Assembly: GCF_021162145.1 (NCBI RefSeq)
Contig: NZ_JAGGZH010000014.1
Span: forward strand, 44,147 to 108,146
Length of the DNA stretch: 64,000 bases
From: Thermotoga sp.
GTDB taxonomy: Bacteria > Thermotogota > Thermotogae > Thermotogales > Thermotogaceae
Reading direction: 5' to 3'
Below, piece by piece: positions 51,218 through 59,700 of this stretch (position 1 is the first letter of the stretch; the number at the start of each line of letters is the position of its first letter). Position numbers and translations under genes: made by a program. The notes beneath the pieces are model-generated. The model made no database searches, was not told where the DNA came from, and saw only the letters and a list, made by a program, of their open reading frames with translations.

Positions 51218-52590
51218 ATCACAGGAAACTCGAGCCGTGGAGCTCCACATCCTTCAGGGTGTTGGGAGGAAACGGCTCAGTTCACTTCTTTTTTTGTTAA
51301 TATATGACTGAGGAGGCCACAAACCTGTGAAAGTAACCCTCTCCTGCAAGTTTAAATTGGAACTCTTGAAGGAGCAAAAACAATCATTGCTCAATCTAGC
51401 AAAGGCTTACACTCAAGCCATCAATTTTGTGCTAGCAAATAATCTCAAAGACAAAACAACTAATCTCAGAAAACTGCATAACCTGTACTACAAAACAACT
51501 CAAAGCGAATTCAATTTGCCTTCGCAATTTGCCATTAACGTCGAACGAGAAGCTATTGCCATTTATCAAACGCTCTGGACACAGCTTAAGGGGCTAAAAC
51601 GAAGAAAACCAGATTCGAAAGCCGTGAAGAAATTCTGGAACAAGCCGCCACAACGCAAAGCCCTGACTGTCAGGTACACACGAAACCGCACCGCCTCATT
51701 CAAACTGATAGATAACAACTGGTATGTTTCTCTCAGCACACCAGAAGGACGTATCAAGTGGATTCGAATGTACGGCTGGAACAGACACTATGAGCATCTG
51801 AAACAGGGAAAGATCGGAGATCCCATATTGAGCTACGACAAATCGTCCAAAACATTCTTTTTAATAGTTCCTGTGACCATTGAGGTTGAAGAGCACAAAC
51901 CACAGGAGATCGTCGTGGACATCGGAGAGCGGCACATCGTCGCGGTTGCGCCCACAAAGGGCGACAGGTATCTTGTCGATCTTTCTGAAGAGTTCAAACG
52001 AAGAAAACAACACTATCAGCATCTGCGCTCTGAGCTGATGTCAAAAGGCACTCGTTCTGCTAAGCGAAAGTTATCTAAGCTTAGCAGACGAGAGAAACGG
52101 TTCACTGAAAATGTCCTGCACATCGTGGTAAAACAGCTTATCGAAAGACACCCCCATACCAGGTTCGTCTTAGAGGATCTGACCAAGATTTGGTCAAACC
52201 GCATCACCTATCGTGGCAAAGACAAAGAGGCAAGACGTCAGGCAGAGCCGTGGCCTTTTGCCAGTCTTCAGCAAAAGATTGAGTACAAATCGATGCTGTA
52301 TTCTGGAGAGGATGCAGAGAAAGTCGATCCAGCATACACATCTCAAACCTGTCCGGTATGTGGTCATGTATCAAAAGAGAATCGTCCTAACCATGGTGAA
52401 GCGTTTGTATGTCAAAACTGTGGTTATGAAGAGCACGCTGACATAGTTGGAGCAATCAACATAGCCTTGAGGATATCTGCCAAAGACCATTCTGAACACC
52501 TCAGAGAGCTGCTTGTCAGCCAGCCTGTTGCTCCCTCTTTTGAGGTCGAGCAAGCTTTCCTACTTCAGAGGGAGAGTAGCTGACAGAAGC
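51218..52590 (+). mobile_element. IS200/IS605-family element carrying tnpB only (IS1341-like); boundaries approximate
   Basis: A tnpB ORF with no tnpA. The left flank ends in TTGAT after the htrA terminator. There is a structured left end (12-bp palindrome within a 7-bp stem) and a nested stem-loop at the right end. Codon usage looks more A/T-rich than in the neighbours. Confidence 0.6.
51327..52583 (+). CDS. tnpB: TnpB (IS605 OrfB-type RNA-guided endonuclease family)
   Basis: A GAGGAGG RBS lies 9 nt before GTG 51327. RuvC-I is IVVDIGERHIVAV and RuvC-II is RFVLEDLTKIW. TSQTCPVCGH...FVCQNCGYEEHADIVGAINIA holds the zinc ribbon plus RuvC-III. Confidence 0.9.
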   Translation: MKVTLSCKFKLELLKEQKQSLLNLAKAYTQAINFVLANNLKDKTTNLRKLHNLYYKTTQSEFNLPSQFAINVEREAIAIYQTLWTQLKGLKRRKPDSKAVKKFWNKPPQRKALTVRYTRNRTASFKLIDNNWYVSLSTPEGRIKWIRMYGWNRHYEHLKQGKIGDPILSYDKSSKTFFLIVPVTIEVEEHKPQEIVVDIGERHIVAVAPTKGDRYLVDLSEEFKRRKQHYQHLRSELMSKGTRSAKRKLSKLSRREKRFTENVLHIVVKQLIERHPHTRFVLEDLTKIWSNRITYRGKDKEARRQAEPWPFASLQQKIEYKSMLYSGEDAEKVDPAYTSQTCPVCGHVSKENRPNHGEAFVCQNCGYEEHADIVGAINIALRISAKDHSEHLRELLVSQPVAPSFEVEQAFLLQRESS

Positions 52591-52602
52591 GAGGTGGGAG
52601 CG

Positions 52603-53754
52603 ATGATACCACTTTCCAGACCGGATATAACAGAAGAAGATATAGAAAGAGTCGTGGAGGTCCTGAAAAGTGGCAGGTTGAGTCTGGGAAATTACACCAG
52701 GCAATTTGGCGAAGTCGTGGCTCGATATGTAGGAGCAAAATACGGGTGGCCCGTCAGTAGTGGAACCGCTGCCCTCCATCTCATACTGGAGAGCCTGAAC
52801 GTTGGTGAGGGAGATCTTGTTCTTGTACCCTCTTTCACCTTCATAGCTTCCGTGAACGTCATTCTCATGAAAAGGGCAATTCCCGTCTTTGTGGATGTGG
52901 ACAGAAAGACTTTGAACGTCTCTCCCGAGACACTTGAAGACGCCATCGGAAGGTGTCTGAAAGGATTCAAACAAGGAGATGTTTATATAAAGGGTGTCCC
53001 TCAATTCTTTATGGCAGTGGATGTGTTTGGCCATCCTCTCGACTGGGACGGAGTGCTGGAAATCTGCCACAGATACGGAATCATCGTGATGGAAGACTCA
53101 TGTGAGGCACTCGGCTCAGAATACAAAGGAAAAAAGATAGGAACTTTCGGTATGGCAGGGGCTTTCGCTTTCTATCCGAACAAACAGATCACCACCGGTG
53201 AAGGCGGTGTCGTTGTGACGGACAGCGAGCAAATCTTTTCCCTTGTAAAGAGCATGAGCAATCAAGGAAGGGGAGAAGATGAAAAATGGCTGCATCACGT
53301 GAGATTTGGCTACAATTACAGGATCGATGAAATGTCCGCAGCGCTGGGTTGCTCGCAAATGAAGAGAATCGACGAGATATTGGAGAAACGTTCAGAGGCG
53401 GCGAACAGATACTCGAGGATGTTGAAAGGCACCTCATGGGTTCAAATTCCAGCTGTCGAGGACTACGTGACCAGGATGAGCTGGTTCGTTTACGTGATCA
53501 GGTTGGACGGTCCCAACAGAGATCGTGTCATGAAATACATGGAAAAGAGGGGTGTACAGGTGAGAAATTACTTCCATCCCGTTCATCTTCAACCCTTTTA
53601 CGAGAAGACGTTTGGAAAAATGAAAGGTCTTTTGCCTGTAACGGAAGAAGAGTCTGGAAAGACACTCGCTCTTCCTTTCTTCACGAGGATATCTCCCGAC
53701 GAACAAAAATGTGTGGTGGAAACCCTCAGGGAGGCGGTGGAGAAAGTTGGCTAG
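52603..53754 (+). CDS. DegT/DnrJ/EryC1/StrS-family PLP-dependent aminotransferase
   Basis: MIPLSRPDITEEDIERV, SSGTAALHL, DSCEALG and the PLP lysine region FAFYPNKQITTGEGG. A GAGGTGGGAG RBS precedes ATG 52603. Confidence 0.9.
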   Translation: MIPLSRPDITEEDIERVVEVLKSGRLSLGNYTRQFGEVVARYVGAKYGWPVSSGTAALHLILESLNVGEGDLVLVPSFTFIASVNVILMKRAIPVFVDVDRKTLNVSPETLEDAIGRCLKGFKQGDVYIKGVPQFFMAVDVFGHPLDWDGVLEICHRYGIIVMEDSCEALGSEYKGKKIGTFGMAGAFAFYPNKQITTGEGGVVVTDSEQIFSLVKSMSNQGRGEDEKWLHHVRFGYNYRIDEMSAALGCSQMKRIDEILEKRSEAANRYSRMLKGTSWVQIPAVEDYVTRMSWFVYVIRLDGPNRDRVMKYMEKRGVQVRNYFHPVHLQPFYEKTFGKMKGLLPVTEEESGKTLALPFFTRISPDEQKCVVETLREAVEKVG

Positions 53755-55183
53755 CTTTCTCCTCAGTGTTCTGTCGGGCATTCTTACTTCTCTGTCGATG
53801 CCCGGGTTCCTATCCGGAGCTTTGATCTGGTTTTCCATGGTACCTCTTTTCTTCGCTATGGAGCGGGGGGGAATCTGGAAAAAAGCGTTCCTTTCCTTTT
53901 TTTACTTCTTCACACATGTTCTGATCACTTTCTTTTGGGTTCTTCCAACCCTGACGGAAAATCTTCCCCTTGTTTTTGGAAGGTACCCGTCGTGGCTTGG
54001 TGTTGTGGTGTTTTTCTTGATGGGCGTCATAGAAGCTGCTCCGTTTTTCGGTTTCGGGTTCTTTTCTCACTTTGCACCACGTGGAACTTTCTTGAGACCG
54101 CTATATCTTGCATCCATCTACACGATCTTTGAATACATTCGCGGGATCGGTGAACTGGGGTTCACGGGGGGGAGGATCTCCGATGCTCTGTTCAGGCACC
54201 TTGGTCTTATCCAGGTTATCTCCATCACGGGGACGTTGGGGCTTGTTTTTCTGATAGTCTTTCTGAACGCCCTTTTCTACGAGCTGTTAAAGAGAAGAAA
54301 AACATCCGTCATTTTCACGGTGATCACTTTCCTGTACATTTTTAACGCCACGATAGTGCATCTTCTTCCGCTTCCGGAGAGCGGAACGTTCGAAATAGTG
54401 GCTCTTCAACCCAGCATTTCCCCTTCTTTGAAATACTCCACATCAAGCAGGGAAATGCTGAAGCTTCTTGAAGAGATGTTGAAAGGAAGAGAAGGTCAGG
54501 TTGTGATTACCCCCGAGGCGTTCTTCCTGGAAGACGTCAGATACTCGCCCGTTTCGAGCAACTTGAGAGAGATTTCGAAGAAAAACACGATCATCATTGG
54601 TTTTCCAGCCGGTGAAAAAAACAGTGTTTTCTTACTGGAGAACGGAACGTTCAAAAGAGTGTACTCGAAGGTGAAACTCTTTCCGTTCGTGGAGACGCTC
54701 CCGTATCCGAAAGTCTTTGGAATTTTCAGCTTTTTGAGAGGACTTTCCTATTATGAACCTGGTGAAGAATTTTCTGTCTTCAGCGTAAATGGGAGTCCCA
54801 CGTTTTCCATCGGGATCTGTTTTGAGAGTTATTTTCCGGAGGTGTCACGCAAATTTGTAAAGAACGGCAGCGAGTTCCTTGTGACCGTAACGAACGACGG
54901 CTGGTTTCATTACAGGGTGGCACTGTTGAACCACTTTGTTCAGGGAGTCTTCAGGGCTGTCGAAACGAGAAGACAATTCCTTCAAGTTGCAAACACGGGC
55001 ATTACTGGATTGATAGATGAGTACGGTAGAATCCTCAGAGTGCTTCCGATGGAAAAAAAGTCTCTGGGACTCTTTCGTGTAAAGCCGAGGAAAGAAGAGA
55101 CTTTCTACGTGAGATTCGGAGATTGGTTCTTCTACCTCTCGATTCTCCTTGGAGGACTCACCTGGATACTGGCAAAGCTGTGA
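53747..55183 (+). CDS. lnt: apolipoprotein N-acyltransferase
   Basis: An N-terminal polytopic region plus a C-terminal CN-hydrolase domain (ICFESYFPE catalytic Cys, VTNDGWF). The start is TTG 53747 or ATG 53711, overlapping the degT end. Confidence 0.85.
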   Translation: MASFLLSVLSGILTSLSMPGFLSGALIWFSMVPLFFAMERGGIWKKAFLSFFYFFTHVLITFFWVLPTLTENLPLVFGRYPSWLGVVVFFLMGVIEAAPFFGFGFFSHFAPRGTFLRPLYLASIYTIFEYIRGIGELGFTGGRISDALFRHLGLIQVISITGTLGLVFLIVFLNALFYELLKRRKTSVIFTVITFLYIFNATIVHLLPLPESGTFEIVALQPSISPSLKYSTSSREMLKLLEEMLKGREGQVVITPEAFFLEDVRYSPVSSNLREISKKNTIIIGFPAGEKNSVFLLENGTFKRVYSKVKLFPFVETLPYPKVFGIFSFLRGLSYYEPGEEFSVFSVNGSPTFSIGICFESYFPEVSRKFVKNGSEFLVTVTNDGWFHYRVALLNHFVQGVFRAVETRRQFLQVANTGITGLIDEYGRILRVLPMEKKSLGLFRVKPRKEETFYVRFGDWFFYLSILLGGLTWILAKL

Positions 55184-55193
55184 GGTGATGATT

Positions 55194-56201
55194 GTGAAGG
55201 TCTCGGAGTTCGACTACGAACTTCCATCGGAGCTCATCGCACAGGAGCCGGCAGAACCACGTGACTCCTCACGCCTCATGGTTCTTTACAGAGAAACGAA
55301 AAGGATAGTGCACCGGATATTCCGTGAAATAGTGGAATATCTGGAGCCTGGTGACCTTCTTGTTCTGAATGTTTCAAGGGTGATTCCTGCGCGCCTCTAC
55401 GCGAGAAAGAAAACAGGTGCGCGCATAGAAATACTCCTTCTTGATCGACTGAAAGAAGGTGTCTGGCGATGTCTTGTGAAGCCCGGCCAGAAAGTGAAAA
55501 AAGGAACCGAATTGCTGGTGGACGAGGAACTATCAGCAACCTGTCTTGAAAGAGGCGAAGATGGAACAAGAATCCTGGAGTTTCAACCAAAAAACGACAG
55601 ATTCATTCTCGAAAAAGGAAAACCCCCGCTTCCCCCCTACATAAAGAAGGAAGTTCCACTGGACAGATATCAAACTGTCTACGCGAGAGAAGATGGATCC
55701 GTTGCGGCACCGACCGCTGGCCTTCACTTCACACAGGAGTTGATTGAAAGGCTGAAAGAAAAGGGAGTTGAGTTTGCAGAGGTTGTTCTTCACGTTGGAA
55801 TAGGAACCTTCAGACCTGTGAAGGTAGAAGAAGTGGAAAAACACAGAATGCACGAAGAATACTACCGGGTGCCAAAAGAAACCGTCAAGAAGATTAGGGA
55901 AACGAAGAAAAGAGGGAAAAAAGTTGTGGCGGTTGGAACCACGACCGTGAGGACTCTGGAGACGATAGCTCGACTTCCTGAGCAGGAGGAATACGCAGGA
56001 AAGACGGATCTTTTCATATACCCACCTTTCGAATTCAGGATGGTCGATGCACTGATCACGAACTTTCATCTTCCTCGCTCAACCCTTCTCATGCTGGTTG
56101 CGGCGTTCGCTGGAAAAGACTTCATCATGGAAGCCTACAGGGAAGCGGTGAGAAAGAGATACAGATTCTTCTCTTTCGGCGATGCGATGCTGATTTTGTA
56201 G
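55194..56201 (+). CDS. queA: S-adenosylmethionine:tRNA ribosyltransferase-isomerase
   Basis: (V)KVSEFDYELPSELIAQEP..PRDSSRLMV, PPYI, AAPTAGLHFT, VGTTTVR and TNFHLPRSTLLMLV. Confidence 0.95.
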   Translation: MKVSEFDYELPSELIAQEPAEPRDSSRLMVLYRETKRIVHRIFREIVEYLEPGDLLVLNVSRVIPARLYARKKTGARIEILLLDRLKEGVWRCLVKPGQKVKKGTELLVDEELSATCLERGEDGTRILEFQPKNDRFILEKGKPPLPPYIKKEVPLDRYQTVYAREDGSVAAPTAGLHFTQELIERLKEKGVEFAEVVLHVGIGTFRPVKVEEVEKHRMHEEYYRVPKETVKKIRETKKRGKKVVAVGTTTVRTLETIARLPEQEEYAGKTDLFIYPPFEFRMVDALITNFHLPRSTLLMLVAAFAGKDFIMEAYREAVRKRYRFFSFGDAMLIL

Positions 56202-56282
56202 CGATTTGGAAAACACGACTTTCTCTTAAACGGAAGGTATAAAAACCGAAAATATGTGAGCAGTATAATGGAGGTTAGGCGG

Positions 56283-56780
56283 TTGAGAATCCTCGGTGTT
56301 GATCCCGGATATGGAATAGTCGGAATAGGTGTCATCGAGATCTCTGGAAACAGAATATCCCATGTCTTTCATGGGGTGATAGAAACTTCCAAAGATCTTC
56401 CCCGTGGGAAGAGATTGAAGCAAATATACGAAGAGTTTGTAAGGATCCTGGACACGTTCTCTCCCGATGAGTGTGCTTTGGAAAAGCTGTTCTTCGTCAA
56501 AAACGTTACCACGGCTATAGGTGTTGGAGAAGCGCGTGGGGTGATTTTCCTCGCTCTGGAGGAAAAGAACGTTCCCGTCTTCGAGTACGCCCCGAATGAG
56601 GTGAAAATTTCTCTGACGGGGTATGGAAAAGCGAGCAAAAAGCAGATCCAGGAGAACGTAAAGCGCTTTCTTGGACTTTCAAAACTTCCCCAACCCGATG
56701 ATGCTGCAGATGCCCTTGCCATTGCATGGTGTCACGCCCTTCAGAGCAGAATGAGGAGGGTAACACATGGGAAAGATTGA
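56283..56780 (+). CDS. ruvC: crossover junction endodeoxyribonuclease RuvC
   Basis: (L)RILGVDPGYG, EKLFF and DAADALAIAWCH. TTG 56283 lies 8 nt after GGAGG. The longer ORF from 56256 would contain that RBS. Confidence 0.9.
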   Translation: MRILGVDPGYGIVGIGVIEISGNRISHVFHGVIETSKDLPRGKRLKQIYEEFVRILDTFSPDECALEKLFFVKNVTTAIGVGEARGVIFLALEEKNVPVFEYAPNEVKISLTGYGKASKKQIQENVKRFLGLSKLPQPDDAADALAIAWCHALQSRMRRVTHGKD

Positions 56781-59700
56781 AAACCTGCGATGGAAAAACA
56801 TCTCTTTGAAGAGCCTGGAGATTGATCCTGACTCCGGCGTTGTGACCATATCCGTTGAAAACTACTCCGACGAAATAGAAGAGCTCGCTCGGTCTCTGGA
56901 AAGAGAAACGAAATTTCGAGTTGTTGTGAACGGACGCCATCGCGGCACGACCTGGGATCTGAAGGAAAAAATCCTTTCCATCCTGAATGGGAATGTTCCC
57001 TACATAAAGGATGTTGCCTTTGAGGGAAACAGACTCATATTGAAAGTTCTGGGTGACTTTGCCCGCGAAAGAATTGCTGCAAAACTCAGAAGCATGAAGA
57101 AGGGCTTGGATGAGATTCTCCCCACTGGCACACAGATCATGCTGGAAGTCGTTGAACCGTCCGAGGACTTTTTGAAGAAAAATCCCTTACAGACAGAGTC
57201 AGCGAAAAATGAGAAGGAACCAGAAGGCGAGGAAGTGAAGGTCGAAAGCAAAAACCATGTGTTCGGGCAGAAACCAAGAAAGATCGTCTTCACTCCTTCG
57301 AAAGTGTTTGAGTACAACAAAAAGACCTCTATAAAGGGAAAGGTCTTCAAGATGGAGAAGGTGGACGGCAGAAAAACGGTTCTTCTACTCTACCTCACAG
57401 ACGGAGAGGACTCTCTTATCTGTAAAGCTTTCAGTGGCATTGAAGAGATAGAAAAGAACGTAGCAATAGGTGATGTCGTCGTCGCAACAGGAGATCTGTT
57501 CCAGGAAAACGGAGAGCCCGTTCTCTACGTGAGGGGGTTGACGAAACTCCCTGAAGAGAAAAGAATGGACAACGCTCCTGTGAAGAGGGTGGAACTGCAC
57601 GCCCACACCAAGTTCAGTGATCTCGATGCAATAATGGATGTTGAAGAGTACATCAATCGTGCAAAGGAATGGGGCTTTCCAGCTGTAGCAATCACAGACC
57701 ATGGAAACGTTCAGGCGATCCCTTATTTCTACGACGCTGCAAAGAAAGTCGGGATAAAACCCATATTTGGAATAGAGGCCTACCTTGTGAGCGATGTGGA
57801 ACCTATTTTGAGGAACTTCTCTGGTAGTGCAACATTTGAAGATGTTACCTTCGTCGTTCTCGACTTCGAGACAACCGGTCTTGATCTTCAGGTGGACGAG
57901 ATCGTCGAGATAGGAGCGGTGAAGATAAAAGAAGGGCGGATCGTCGATGAGTACCATACACTCATAAAACCTTCCAAAGCCCTTTCCGGAAAGAGTTCTG
58001 AGATCACGGGTATCACTCAGGAGATGCTTGAAGGAGAAAGAAGCATTGAAGAGATCCTACCAGAGTTTCTTGAGTTCCTAGAGGATTCCATCCTCGTTGC
58101 CCACAACGCGAACTTCGACTACAGGTTTTTGAGGCTCTGGATCAAAAAGGTGCTCAAGAAAGATTGGGAAAAACCTTACGTTGACACCCTTGCCCTCGCT
58201 AAATCCCTTCTGAGGTTGAAGAGTTACTCTCTTGATTCTGTTGTGAAAAAGCTTGGCCTTGGTCCATTTCGCCATCACAGGGCACTGGACGACGCGAGAG
58301 TCACTGCCCAGGTGTTTCTCAGATTCGTGGAGATGATGAAAAAGATCGGTATTACAGAGCTATCTGATATGGAGAAACTGAAAGGTTCTGTGGATTTCAC
58401 TGCGCAAAAACCCTATCACTGTACGATACTCGTTCAGAACAAAACAGGGCTGAGAAATCTCTACAAACTGGTCTCCGATTCCTACACGAAGTACTTCCAC
58501 AGCGTTCCAAGAATTCTGAAGAGCGAGTTGATCGAAAAACGAGAAGGATTGATCGTGGGGAGTGCCTGTGTATCTGGAGAACTCGCGCGTGCAGCACTTG
58601 AAGGAGCCAGTGATTCCGAGCTCGAAGAAATAGCAAAATTCTACGATTACATAGAGATCATGCCTCTGGACGTTATAGAGGAGGACGAGGAAGATGTTGA
58701 CAGAGAAAGACTCAAGGAGGTCTACAGGAAACTCCATAGAATCGCCAGAAGGCTGAACAAACCGGTCGTTATGACGGGAGACGTTCACTTTCTGGATCCC
58801 GAGGATGCGAAAGGACGTTCTGCACTCCTTGCTCCCCAGAACAGAAACTTCGGAAAACAACCTGCCCTCTATCTCAGAACAACAGACGAGATGTTCGAAA
58901 AAGCGATGGAAATATTCGAAGACGAAGAAATAGCAAGAGAAGTGGTTATAGAAAATCCCAACAAGATAGCTGAGATGATAGAAGAGATCCAGCCTCTTGA
59001 GAAGCAACTTCATCCACCCGTCATAGAGAATGCCGACGAGATCGTGAGGAATCTCACCATGGAAAGGGCTCATAAACTCTATGGGAACCCGCTTCCTGAC
59101 ATTGTCAAAAAGAGAATAGAGAGGGAGCTCGACGCGATAATAAACCATGGTTACGCCGTTCTGTATCTCATAGCAAAAGAACTCGTTCAGAAATCCTTGA
59201 GCGATGGTTACGTTGTTGGATCGAGAGGTTCAGTTGGTTCTTCGCTGGTTGCCCATCTTCTTGGGATCACCGAGGTGAACCCGCTTCCTCCTCATTACCG
59301 ATGCCCCAAGTGTAAGTACTTTGAGATAGTGGAAAACGACAGGTATGGGGCGGGTTATGACCTTCCAAGCAAGAACTGTCCAAGGTGTGGAACCTCTTTG
59401 AAGAAAGACGGACACGATATACCGTTCGAGACGTTCATGGGCTTTGAGGGAGACAAAGTGCCCGACATAGACCTGAATTTCTCCGGAGAATATCAGGAGC
59501 GGGCACATCAATTCGTCGAAGAGCTCTTCGGTAAGGACCACGTGTACAGAGCCGGGACGATAAACACCATAGCAGAAAAAAGTGCCGTGGGCTATGTGAA
59601 AAGCTACGAAGAAAAGACAGGAAAAAAACTGAGAAGGGCAGAAATGGAAAGACTTGTTTCCATGATCACGGGGGTGAAAAGGACAACCGGGCAACATCCA

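Noticed and set aside
52513-52602. A 5' extension of the degT ORF (30 extra codons) overlapping the end of tnpB.
   Set aside because: The conserved DegT N-terminus (MIPLSRPDIT) starts at ATG 52603, directly after a GAGGTGGGAG RBS. The extension is just the open frame running through the IS right end.
56264-56269. A perfect TATAAT upstream of ruvC.
   Set aside because: It has no TG extension and no plausible -35 at 16-18 nt. ruvC may simply be co-transcribed with queA. That is too weak to call a promoter.
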